From Candidatus Eiseniibacteriota bacterium (GTDB lineage Bacteria > Eisenbacteria > RBG-16-71-46 > CAVPCR01): DNA of 64,000 nt. A program made the position numbers and the translations under genes. Under the pieces are notes generated by a model. The model worked only from the letters and a program-made list of their open reading frames with translations. It made no database searches and was not told the origin of the DNA. This document shows, one piece after another, positions 9,701 through 25,384 of this stretch (positions within the stretch are counted from its first letter, which is position 1; each line of letters starts with the position of its first letter). The DNA is taken from NCBI GenBank assembly GCA_963823555.1, contig CAWGMA010000001.1, positions 2,144,001 to 2,208,000 of the forward strand, in the 5' to 3' direction.

Positions 9701-11920
9701 CGCCGACTTCGACGGCGCGGTCTTGGTGGCCGCCTCGGTGCGGCCGGAGGACAGCATCGTCCTCCACCATGCCGCGGGCATCGTCAGTACCGGGGGCGGG
9801 ATTCTCAGCCATGCCGGGCTCATCGCCGTGCAGCTGCACAAGCCAGCCCTCATCATCTCCGGACAGTGGCGAGACGAAGCGGACGGCACCCGCAGCCTCC
9901 TTCACGGCACCTTCGAGTACACGGAGGAAGCACGCGAGATGGGAGGCCACCGCGTCGTTCTCTGGCACGGCATGAAGGAGCGCGAGCACCGGCTGCACGA
10001 AGGAGCCCTGGTGGTGGTGGATGCCGATGCGGGAACGCTGCGTGTCATCGGCCATGACCGGGAAGCGCTGGCCTTGCACGAAGAGCTACGGCTCTTCGCC
10101 GCAGCCAGCCGACATCTGCTGCATGCCACCGACGAGAACGAGATCCTGCGCTTGCGCGGCAGGCAGCTCCAGGCGCGCTACCAGATCGCGAAACTCCTCG
10201 GTCGCCTCAACGATCCGATTGTCGCCCGCCATGCCGTCCACGAGATCCTGCTGGGCGAGGCCTTCGAGCCGGCCGGGGCTCGCGCCCACCGCGCTCAGCT
10301 CTTGTCCCTTGTCCTCGGCAACCCGCGTGTCGGCCCCGCGGCCCGCGACGGTTTGCTCCAGATCGCAAGGGAACTCGACCGCCGCCGTGCGGCGGCGCAC
10401 GAAGCGGCGGAGCGCTGCATCCCGGCCGCCGAATCCGTGTTCGAGATCCTGTGGCTGCGCCTGGCGGTCCGCCGCCTTCACCGCATTCTCGAGGGCACCA
10501 CCACGGCCCTGCTCGAGTGCGGGCTCGATGCTCCCCCACCAGACTCCTTCCTTCCATCCGCCATCGATCAGATGGCGGCTCGCCGGCTTGCCGATCTCAG
10601 GCTCGAGCGGCTTCATGCGCTGAGCGATGCGGCCGTCGGATCCCGGCAGCGGGTCCGGCGACGTCATCTGCTGCGTGAGATCGGACGCCTCGACCTCCTC
10701 CTGGGCAGGCAAGGGCAGCAGGACCGCGCGGCCTCTGCGGATGAGCTCTCTCGATCCGATGCCCAGGCGTGCGCAAGACTCGCCAAGCAGCACATCCTCG
10801 GCCCGGAGGAGGGAGGACTGGAGCTCCATCCCCTTCTCGGCTGGAAGGCGGCCAACCTCGCCGAGATCGGGGAGCTGGGCGGCCTCGCCCACGTCCCGCC
10901 CTGGTTTGCCATCACCCGTCGCGCGTTCAACGAGGTCCTCGCCAGGCCACTCGACCAGACGGCCCCGGCGAGTCCCGAGATCCTCCGGACCAGCCCCACG
11001 CTGGGTGTCGCCATCGATGCGATCCTGGATCGAGCCGACCTCAGCCCGGGGCAGCAGTCGGCGCAGATTCGTGAGCTCTGGGATCGGGTCGCGCTCCCCA
11101 GGGAGTTGATTGCCGAACTCCTGGCCGCCTATCGCCGGCTGGGGGAACTCCTGGCGCGGAGCGAAGACGCGCCACCTGATCCGGTCGGACCCTATGTCGC
11201 CATCCGCTCCTCCAGCCTTGAGGAGGACACCGAGAGCGCCGCCCGTGCCGGTGAGTTCGACACCTTCCTGTTCGTCCGCGGGGAAGATCGGCTCCTCGAC
11301 CCACCTCAGACGGGCATGGAGCGGGCTGTGGACGGAACGGGCGATCCACAACCGCGCGACGCTCGGCACGGGCTCGGGCCGGATCGGCGGCGGGGTCATC
11401 GTCCAGCGCATCGTCCGCTCGCGCGTTTCTGGAGTGCTCGCAGACAGTGAACGTCGCCGAGGGCAATATGCGGGAGATGGTGATCAACGCCGGGCTCGGG
11501 CTCGGCGAGGGGATCGTCTCCGGCGTCGTGGCGGCCGATCAGGTCGTGGTCGCCAAGGGCGGGGACCCGCGACATGAGTCGCTGCGCTTCCGTTACTTGA
11601 CGAGCGACAAGCAGAGCCAGGTCGTCTTCAACGAACGCGCGGGATCGGCACGGTGCGCGCCGAGACCCTCTATCACCAGCGACTTCGCCCCGCACTCGAG
11701 TACGTCGAGCTGTGCGAACTCGTGGCGCATCGCCACCGATCTCGAGGCGGCGTACGGCTACCCGCTCGACATCGAGTTCGGGATCGAGGGCACCCGCCTC
11801 TGGATCCTGCAGGTCCGCCCGATGGCCGTCTATGTCCCGGCGCTCCGCGAGACGCTCGATGATGATCCGATTTCGGCGGCGCCGCCGACCCGCTCTCCCC
11901 ATGAGGAGTCACAGTCATGA
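6780..11920 (+). CDS. Very large (about 1700 aa) dikinase-family protein: long N-terminal region, phospho-His swivel domain, C-terminal PPDK_N nucleotide-binding domain. Frameshifts near the 3' end.
   Basis: ASPGRAVGRV and STGGGILSHAGLIA (His codon 9810-9812), then GWKAANL, IRSSSLEED..AGEFDT, GLGEGIVSG and DIEFG..LWILQVRP across ORFs 6762..11450, 11110..11577 and 11447..11920. Confidence 0.85.
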
Positions 11921-14185
11921 TCCGACGTGAGGATGCTCTCGACTACCACGCGCCGACCGACCCGGCAAGATCGAGCTCCGCGCGACCAAGCCCTGCCTCA
12001 CGCCGCGCGAGATGCGCCTGGCCTACCTGCCGGGAGCGGCCTTCCCGGGCGAGGAGATCGCGAGGACCGCGCCGCCGTCCTTCCGCTACACGTCGCGGGG
12101 CAACCTGGTCGGCGTCATCACCAACGGCACGGCGGTGCCCGGCCTCGGCAACGTCGGGCCGGACGCGGCCAAGCCGATGCAGGAGGGGATCGCCGTCCTC
12201 TTCAAGCGGCTCGCCGACATCGACGTCTTCGACCTCGAGCTGGACACGACCGACCCCGATCGTCTCGATCGAGACCGTCCGCCTGCTCGAGCCGACCTTC
12301 GGCGGGATCAACCTCAAGGACATCCGCGCGCCCGAGGGGCTCTGAACATCTACGACCGGCTGCGCGAGTGCCTCGACATCCCGGTCTTCCACGAGAACCT
12401 CTACAGCACGGCCGTGGTGGCCGCCGCCGCGCTCCTCAACGCGCTCGATCTGGTGGACAAGCGGATCGATGAGGTTCGCGTCGTCATCTGCGGCGCCGGC
12501 ACCGTCGGCATCGGCTGCGCCCGCCTGCTCCTCGGCCTCGGGGTCACGCCGGACAACCTCCTCATCTACGACGTCCACGGCCTGATCCACCCCGACCGCG
12601 ACGACCTGCACGATTACCAGCGCGCGCTTCGCCCGGGAGGAGTCCGGCGCGCCAGCTGGCCGAGGGCCTGCGGGGAGCGGACGTCTTCCTCGGCGCCTCG
12701 GCCGGCGGGGTCTTCACCCAGGAGATGATCCGCTCGATGAGCCGCTTTCCCGTCGTGTTCGCCCTGGCCACGCCCGAGCCGGAGATCGGCTACGAGGCCG
12801 CGCGCGCCAGCCGGCGGGACGTGATCGTCGCCACCAGCCTCGATCGAGCACCCCAACGCCGTCGTCGATCTGCTGAGCTTCCCCTACATCTTCCGCGGCG
12901 CCCTCGACGTCCAGGCCACGCGAATCACCGAGGGCATGATGATCGCCGCGGCGCGCGCTCTGGCCGATCTGGCCCGCGAGGACGTGGTCGAGGAGGTGGA
13001 GCGGGCCTACGGCTACGAGCAGCTTCAGCTTCGGGCCCGAGTACCTGCTGCCCAAGCCGATCGACCCGCGCATCCTGGTGCGGGAGTCGGCGGCCGTCGC
13101 CGCAGCAGGCGATCGAGGAAGGCGTGGCCCGGCGTCCGCTGGACCGGAGACCTACGAGGAGAGCCTGACGGTCCGCCTCGGCACCGGCCGGGAGACGATG
13201 CGCGGGATGATCCTGACGGCGCGCCAGGAGAAGCCCCGCGTCGTCTTCTCCGAGGGCAGCGAGCGAGACGATCCTCCGCGCCTGCGCGCATCCTGGTCGA
13301 CGAGGGGATCGCGAGCCCGATGCTGCTGGGGCGCGAGGAGGAGATCCGGGCCGTGATCGACCGGCTGCGGCTCGACCTGAGCGGGTTCCGATCGTCGATC
13401 CGGCGCGGAGCCCGCGCCTCGAGACCTACGTCGAGGAGTACTTCCGCCTGCGCCGCCGCCGGGGCGTGATGCGGCAGCCGCGGCGCCGCAGCGGCTGCTC
13501 CAGCCCGACTACTTCGCCGCGATGATGCTCCACACCGGCGACGCCGACATGATGATCGCCGGCGCCTCGACGCACTACGTCGAGACGCTGCGGACCATCC
13601 TCGAGGTCATCGGCCCGGCCCCGGGCATCGGGCGTATCTCGAGCCACTACCTGGTGCTGCTGCCCCAGGGACGTGATCATCCTGGCCGACTGCGCCGTGA
13701 ACATCGAACCCGAGCGCCGAAGAGCTGGCCGAGATCGCGCTGCTGGCCGCGCGCACCGCGCGCTCGCTGGGCATCGAGCCCCGGGTGGCCATGCTCTCCT
13801 TCTCCAACTTCGGCAGCGTCGACCACCCTTCGCCCGGGAAGGTGCGCCGCGCCACCGAGATCGCCAAGCAAGCGCGCCCCGGATCTGGTCAGTCGACGGC
13901 GAGATGCAGCTCGCCACCGCTCTCGACAGCGCGCTGCGCCGGAGTACTTCCCCTTCTCCGAGCTCGAGGAGGACGCCAACGTGCTGGTCTTCCCCGACCT
14001 GCAGTCGGGGAATCTCGCCCTCCACCTCCTGCAGCACGTGGGCGCCGGCCGTCCTGATCGGACCGGTGCTGATGGGCACTCGCCTGCCGGCTCACGTCCT
14101 CCAGTACGGAGCCACGGCGGAGGAGGTGGTGAACCTCACGACGATCGGGATCGTGGAGGCCTCGGCGCTCAGGCGCGCGGGATAG
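11917..14185 (+). CDS. MaeB-type malic enzyme homologue (malic domain plus PTA-like domain) with substituted catalytic residues, many frameshifts
   Basis: [62 protein letters not shown] and [13 protein letters not shown]. The ATG overlaps the upstream stop (ATGA). Confidence 0.85.
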
Positions 14186-14353
14186 GGGGTCCGCAGCAAG
14201 ACCCGGTGCGAGGATCTCAAGTCTTGATTGAAGATCTGGCCTATCCAGAAGGTCATCGTGCCGTCCGGCCCTAAACAAAGCGGCGGGCGACCGCATGCGC
14301 TTAAGGTTGCGCCTCCGGCCGCCCGCCGCGTGCAATGTGAAAGGAACGGGGAC

Positions 14354-15226
14354 TCAGCGCTGGCGCAACCGCGCCTTGACCGCACCCCAGGTTGTTGACT
14401 CGACGGCCGTCGCCCCCGAGACCTCGAGCACAAAATCATCCGTCCACGAGTCGTCGGGGGTGGGCGCCCCACCGCCGAAGCCGCAGACATGGCAGCCGGT
14501 GATCAGATCGTTCGGCCGCCGGAGCGATGTAAAGTCCTCGAAAGTCCAGGTGTCATTGGCATTGGGGAAGGCAACCCCGACCGATACTCCGCTGTTCTGG
14601 TGAAAGATGATGACCTGGGCGATCCCGAAATCATCGATCTGTCGCAGCCAGAAGGTGAAGGCGGTCACCTCGTCGGAGTCGATGGGGGGATTGAAGTTCT
14701 GGCGGAGACAGAGCCCGCCACCACCCGAACCACCGGTGTCATACGCGTCGTAGGTACCCGTATGCGGCACCGTCGTCGACACCGACCATGTCGTCGGAAT
14801 CCACCCCGCCATGGTGCCAGACTCGAACCCGGGGTTGACGATGGCGTTGACGAGGATCGGGGGACCGCCCGGCATGCCGTCGGGCGTGGGCTCGGCAATG
14901 GTGAACGCACTGGCGGCGGTCACGATTGTCTCGCCCTGCGTGATGACGACATCCCGCAGGCCAAGCGTTGCCGTGAAATCAACGGCCGCGCGAATCTCGA
15001 GGAGCTCGGGGGCCAGAACCGAGATCTCCCGGGTCGTAATCCCAGCCCCCAGCGTCACGGTGACGCCTGGCGTCCAGGCCGTTCCAGGAGTGTAGATGTG
15101 CACGATCGGGGACTCACCGCGTCCGGCGCCTGACGGGCTCAGCGTGAGAGCATGAGCGGGCCCAACCATGGCCAGGGCGATGAGAACGACGACCGCAACG
15201 AGAAAGGAAACGCTACGATGGAACAT
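14354..15226 (-). CDS. Secreted protein (Ig-like plus jelly-roll/CBM-like region) with C-terminal TWGAVK motif
   Basis: Signal peptide ending PAHA, NPGFESG..GW motif, C-terminus TAVESTTWGAVKARLRQR, GGAGG RBS. Confidence 0.8.
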   Translation of the reverse strand: MFHRSVSFLVAVVVLIALAMVGPAHALTLSPSGAGRGESPIVHIYTPGTAWTPGVTVTLGAGITTREISVLAPELLEIRAAVDFTATLGLRDVVITQGETIVTAASAFTIAEPTPDGMPGGPPILVNAIVNPGFESGTMAGWIPTTWSVSTTVPHTGTYDAYDTGGSGGGGLCLRQNFNPPIDSDEVTAFTFWLRQIDDFGIAQVIIFHQNSGVSVGVAFPNANDTWTFEDFTSLRRPNDLITGCHVCGFGGGAPTPDDSWTDDFVLEVSGATAVESTTWGAVKARLRQR

Positions 15227-15336
15227 GGGGATCTTCCTCCAATGGTGATTGGATTCCGTTCCGATCGCGGAAGACCCTCATCATACCACGATGAGCAGGG
15301 CTGGCCCACTGGCCGCGCCGCCGTCCAGACCGCGGC

Positions 15337-15615
15337 TCAATCCGGCGTGTACTCGCGCAGGCGGTCGGCGAGCCTTTGCGCCTCGAGCTCCTCGCCCGCA
15401 TTCAGGCGCCCGAGCCACTCCTCGATGATCGCCTTCGCCTCCTGCTTCCGCCAGCTGCGCAGGAACCCATCGAGATAGTGCTCGCCGGCGAGCGCCCGGT
15501 TGATCTCGGTCTCGCGGGTGTGGTCGTTGAGTTCGGTGAAGTACACGACCTTGAAGCGGCGGTTGAACTCCGCCTCGCGGTAGATCTCGAACATCACCTT
15601 CTCGCCGGCGAGCAT
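15337..15615 (-). CDS. Small hypothetical protein (92 aa), last gene of the radical SAM/activase cluster
   Basis: MLAGEKVMFEIYRE..FKVVYFTELNDH..EINRALAGEH..DGFL. GGAGGGAG RBS; starts 14 nt after the upstream stop. Confidence 0.75.
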   Translation of the reverse strand: MLAGEKVMFEIYREAEFNRRFKVVYFTELNDHTRETEINRALAGEHYLDGFLRSWRKQEAKAIIEEWLGRLNAGEELEAQRLADRLREYTPD

Positions 15616-15628
15616 CGTTCTCCCTCCG

Positions 15629-21213
<5,585 letters not shown>

Positions 21214-21366
21214 GGGTCACGTGTCTCCACCTTGCTGCGGCTTAAAGCCTGGGTAGGCGGGGTCACGCCGGAACGGACCAGAAACGCTCGTCCCCGAGCG
21301 CGGATTCCCTCCCTCGATCCGGAACGGTTGGGGGGTTGGAGTTGCTGCGGGGCCGGGCCTGTGATC

Positions 21367-23256
21367 CTAGCCGCCGCATCCTCCGCCACATGAACTCGAT
21401 CCGCCGGCGGGCAGATCGTCATCCCCGGTCGTGCCCTCGATGCGGGGCAGCGCGGCCGGGTGCTCGCGCCGGGCCGACGACGCGGCCGGTGCCGAATCCG
21501 AGATCACCGGGAAGACCTCGTCCGGCCTGCCATGCCCGTTCCCGTTCCCGTTGCCATTGCCGTGGCCGTCGTCCTGGCCCCGGCCACCATCGGAACGCGA
21601 AACCCGCCGCTTCGGGATCCCGACCACGTCGCCATGCTGGGCGCGGTAGTCCTCGATCTCGATGCGGTAGTCGTGCTCGATCTTCTCGCGGAACGTAGGA
21701 CCCGAGTTGTAGGCGCAGAAGGGGTAGACCTTGCCGTCGGGCGCGGAATAGTGGATCACGCAACGCTGGACGCGATCGATCTCGTAATTGTAGGAATCCT
21801 GGAAGTGCATCCCTGCGACCATCAGCGTCTTGAACGTGTACGTGCCGTCGCCTTCACCACGACCCCGCTCCTTGTCGAAGAAGCCCTCGAGAGTCTGCAG
21901 GAAGCGACGGAAGCTCAGGCCGACCGGCGCCCTCTCGGCGCGGAAATACTTGTGCGCCGAGTTGAAGGCCGCGATCTTGGAGAAGGTCTTGATCCGGGCC
22001 CGCTCGGTCTTCTTGGCCAGGTTGTTGAACTCGGTCAGCATCTTCTCGACGTCGATGAACTGAGTGATCGGTGTTGCCTTGCCGTTCTGACCGACGAACA
22101 GGTAGGTGCCCACGCTGCAGTGCGGGTGACAGGTCAGGTGGGTCGTCTTCTCGCCCCTGAGCGCGCTCACGAGCCGCGAGACCGGAGTGGTGCACGGTGT
22201 CGGGTACCAGTCATCGAGCGTGGTGAACCCGGTCTGCTCGCCGATGTCCATCGCCAGATCGGCGAGCGTGTAGCGCATCGCTTCGCGCTTCTTCTGCGCG
22301 ATGCGTCCGGTGAAGGCCACCGGCTGGTAGCTGATGCCCGAGATGACATCGATGTTCTCGATGGCGTAGCGGAGAATATCGCCCACCTGGTGGTCGTTCA
22401 CGCCGCGGCAGATGGTGGGCACGAGAACGATCTTGAGTCCGGCCTCGCGCACGCGCTGGACCGCCCGTTGCTTCATCTCCCAGACCGCCTCGCCGCGCGT
22501 CCGCCGGTAAACATCGTCGGACACACCATCGAACTGCAGGTAGAGAGTGTGAAGCCCGGCCGCCTTCGCGCGCTCGGCCAATCCGGGCACGTTGGCGAAG
22601 GTCTTGCCGTTGGTGGCGACCTGCACGTGGCTGAAGCCGACTTCCTTCGCCGCCGCCACGGCCTCCACGAACCAGGGATAGATGGTCGGCTCACCGCCCG
22701 AGAACTGGACGACGCGCGCCGCCACCGGGCGCATGTCGCGAAGCTGCTGGAGCATCTGCCGGATCTGATCGAGCGGCGGCTCGTAGATGTACCCCGCCTG
22801 GTTGGCGTTGGCGAAGCAAACCGGGCATGTCATGTCGCAGCGGTTGGTGAGATCGACGTTGGCGAGACCGGTGTGCGATGTGTGCATCTGACACACGCCG
22901 CAATCGTCCGGGCACGACACCGCGTCCGGAACGGCCGGATTGGCGATCCCCTCTCCCTCCTCGAAGGTCCAGTTCTCGAGCTTCAGGTAGAGCTCGACGT
23001 TCGAGAAGACGATCTCCTTCACGTCGCCGTGCTCGGGGCAGGTCTTTCCCATCCAGACCTTGCCGTCCTCGGCGAACAGCTGCCCGGGAACGGCTCGCTG
23101 GCACTCCGGGCACAGGCTCCTGGTCGGGCGCGGGAGACCCCGGGCCCGGGGCGGCAGCGCGAAGCCCGATGAAAGCCGATGCCAATCGGGACCCGGCTTG
23201 AGTCCCGGGGGCGCCGCCGGCTTGGGAATCGAGACAGGTTCGGTCGTCGCAGTCAT
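21367..23256 (-). CDS. Radical SAM protein of the MJ0619 / tetraether synthase (Tes, GDGT-MAS) family
   Basis: SLCPEC...KTCPEHG N-terminal metal site, CPDDCGVCQMH, LTNRCDMTCPVCFANA (CxxxCxxC), QFSGGEPT, YLQFDG, TCHPHC and MHFQD.YN...RVQRCVIHY..PDG..YPFCAYN. Confidence 0.88.
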   Translation of the reverse strand: MTATTEPVSIPKPAAPPGLKPGPDWHRLSSGFALPPRARGLPRPTRSLCPECQRAVPGQLFAEDGKVWMGKTCPEHGDVKEIVFSNVELYLKLENWTFEEGEGIANPAVPDAVSCPDDCGVCQMHTSHTGLANVDLTNRCDMTCPVCFANANQAGYIYEPPLDQIRQMLQQLRDMRPVAARVVQFSGGEPTIYPWFVEAVAAAKEVGFSHVQVATNGKTFANVPGLAERAKAAGLHTLYLQFDGVSDDVYRRTRGEAVWEMKQRAVQRVREAGLKIVLVPTICRGVNDHQVGDILRYAIENIDVISGISYQPVAFTGRIAQKKREAMRYTLADLAMDIGEQTGFTTLDDWYPTPCTTPVSRLVSALRGEKTTHLTCHPHCSVGTYLFVGQNGKATPITQFIDVEKMLTEFNNLAKKTERARIKTFSKIAAFNSAHKYFRAERAPVGLSFRRFLQTLEGFFDKERGRGEGDGTYTFKTLMVAGMHFQDSYNYEIDRVQRCVIHYSAPDGKVYPFCAYNSGPTFREKIEHDYRIEIEDYRAQHGDVVGIPKRRVSRSDGGRGQDDGHGNGNGNGNGHGRPDEVFPVISDSAPAASSARREHPAALPRIEGTTGDDDLPAGGSSSCGGGCGG

Positions 23257-23636
23257 CGGATGGTCTCCCTCCGCGCGCGATTCGGGGAAAGGCCCGCGAC
23301 CTTTCCCACCTCATGGGTCCCCTTATCCGTCCAATCTGCTTTCCCCGCAACGGGTTGTGCCCGAAACGCCGAAATCCGGAGGTGAGTGGTCGGAGGGCCC
23401 AGCGAGCGGACGCCTGCCATGGCCACGTGAGGGTCGCGACGGGGCATCCCCGGCGGCGGCGAGGCCGGGTGAGGCCGGATTCGTCGGGGCCTCGTGTACT
23501 CCGGGGGAGGAGCGGCAGGAGCCCGCGGGGACACTCATCTGCTACACTGTTGAGCTCGATTGCTCTGTTCGTGGCCGCAACGGGGGGCGCGCCCCACGGT
23601 GTGCCCGGAACCAGGCCCCCGAGGCAAGATAACTGC

Positions 23637-24068
23637 ATGGAAGCCAAGATCTTCACAGTGGCCGAGGCCAACAATGCCCTGCAGCGTGTCGTGAAGCCGA
23701 CCATGCAACGGCTCACCGCGCGCATCGCCGCCCTCGATGCGCTCAAGACCGAGACCGAGGTGCTCGAGGTCGTCGTCGACTCCGGCGCCTCCGAGACCAA
23801 CCCCGATCGTGTCCAGCTCAAGTTGCTCGAGCAACGCGAACGGCGGATCCAGACCGAGATCCGCGACTCGATCGAGACCATTCAGGCCGCCGGCGGGGTC
23901 ATCAAGGATCCCCGCGCCGGCCTCGTCGACTTCTTCTCGATCTACGACGGCCGGCTGGTCTGCCTGTGCTGGAAGATCGGCGAGGATCGCATCCGGTTCT
24001 GGCACACGGTCGAGGAGGGCTTTCGCGGCCGGCGCCCGCTCGGAGTGCGCGCGCCGCGAGAGGAATAG
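23637..24068 (+). CDS. DUF2203 family protein
   Basis: FTVAEAN N-terminus and IKD...GLVDF.....GR.V.LCWK.GE..I.FWH..EEGF.GRRPL signature. Confidence 0.85.
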   Translation: MEAKIFTVAEANNALQRVVKPTMQRLTARIAALDALKTETEVLEVVVDSGASETNPDRVQLKLLEQRERRIQTEIRDSIETIQAAGGVIKDPRAGLVDFFSIYDGRLVCLCWKIGEDRIRFWHTVEEGFRGRRPLGVRAPREE

Positions 24069-24304
24069 CAGGCGTCGCCGTCGAGAGCGCGGCAACTGGT
24101 CCCGGCCCGGTGCGACGCACCGGGCCGCATCGTTTGCCGCCGGTTCTCTGCCGCTTCGCGAACGAGCCGCCGCGGAGTGACCACACTCCGGACCCGCAGC
24201 CGCGGCTTGCATGCATTAATGGACTAACCTATCTTCATATCCTCTATCCGAGGTCCCGGGTCCTCTTCGTCCCACCTGGGCTCATTCTCGCAGGGAGGCG
24301 AATC

Positions 24305-25384
24305 TTGCAAATCACCGGCTGGGTTGCCGACAAGCCGGGCGCGCCGATGCACCGCTGGGAACGCGAGGCCACACCCGGCCCGCATGAGGTCCTGGTCGAG
24401 GTTGCCGGCTGCGGCGTCTGTCATACGGATCTTGGTTTCTACTACGACGGCGTTCCGACACGACACCCCTTCCCCTTGATTCTCGGTCACGAGGTGAGCG
24501 GCACCGTGGTCGAGGCCGGCCCTGGCAGCGAGTCGTGGGTCGGACGCGACGTGGTCGTCCCCGCCGTGATCCCTTGCGGCCAGTGCGCTGCGTGCGCCGC
24601 CGGTCAGGGCTCCATCTGTCCGCAGCAGATCTTCCCCGGCTGCGACGTGCACGGCGGCTTTGCGACCCACCTCGTGGTGCCGGCCAACGGGCTCTGCGCC
24701 GTGCCCGACCTCGCCGATCCGGCTCACAACCCGCAGGGGCTCGATCTCGCCACGCTCTCCGTCATCGCCGACGCGGTCTCGACGCCCTATCAGTCCATTG
24801 TTCGCAGCGGTCTCGAAGCCGGAGATCTCGCCCTCTTCGTCGGGGCCGGCGGGGTCGGCGGCTTCGGGGTGCAGATTGCCGCCGCCATGGGGGCCGCGGT
24901 CGCCGCGATCGACGTGGATCCGGCCCGTCTCGAGCTCATCGGCCGTCACGGCGCCGCGCTGACGCTCAACGCGGCCGAGCAAGATTTCAAGTCTATCCGC
25001 AATAGCTTGCGGGCCTTCGCCAAGGAACGGAAGATCCCGACCTGGCGGCAGAAGGTGTTCGAAACCTCGGGAACGGCGCGCGGCCAGGAGACCGCCTTCG
25101 GCCTCCTCGGCCACGGCGGCTATCTCGGCGTCGTCGGCTTCACATCCGACAAGGTCGAGCTCCGACTCTCCAACCTGATGGCCTTCGATGCCACGGCTCA
25201 GGGCAACTGGGGCTGCGTGCCGGAGCACTACCCGGCCATCGTCGATCTCGTGCTTGCGGGCAAGGTCGCGTTGACCCCGTTCGTCGAGCAGCGCTCGATG
25301 TCCACGATCAACGAAGCATTCACCGCGTTGCATGCCCGGCGCGTCACGCGCCGCCTCATCCTCATTCCGGAGGAGACGAAGTGA
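24305..25384 (+). CDS. had: 6-hydroxycyclohex-1-ene-1-carbonyl-CoA dehydrogenase (Zn-dependent)
   Basis: GCGVCHTD, GHE, CxxCxxC, ADAVSTPYQ and LSNLMAFDA..GNWGC. TTG start after GGAGG; adjacent to oah and bcr. Confidence 0.9.
   Translation: MQITGWVADKPGAPMHRWEREATPGPHEVLVEVAGCGVCHTDLGFYYDGVPTRHPFPLILGHEVSGTVVEAGPGSESWVGRDVVVPAVIPCGQCAACAAGQGSICPQQIFPGCDVHGGFATHLVVPANGLCAVPDLADPAHNPQGLDLATLSVIADAVSTPYQSIVRSGLEAGDLALFVGAGGVGGFGVQIAAAMGAAVAAIDVDPARLELIGRHGAALTLNAAEQDFKSIRNSLRAFAKERKIPTWRQKVFETSGTARGQETAFGLLGHGGYLGVVGFTSDKVELRLSNLMAFDATAQGNWGCVPEHYPAIVDLVLAGKVALTPFVEQRSMSTINEAFTALHARRVTRRLILIPEETK

Noticed and set aside
6732..11411. Long antisense ORFs (for example 6732..8984, 10086..11411, and similarly 21460..23172, 42947..44419, 55474..57525)
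   Set aside because: Shadow ORFs opposite well-supported genes, expected in high-GC DNA with strong codon bias. They contain no recognisable motifs.
12340..12348. In-frame TGA in the MaeB-like gene as possible selenocysteine
   Set aside because: The homologous sequence continues in another frame immediately afterwards, so it is an indel artefact.
21367..23256. MoaA or pterin methyltransferase annotation for the radical SAM
   Set aside because: It lacks the MoaA layout. The extra metal sites match the MJ0619 family, whose earlier pterin methylase label was superseded by tetraether synthase activity.
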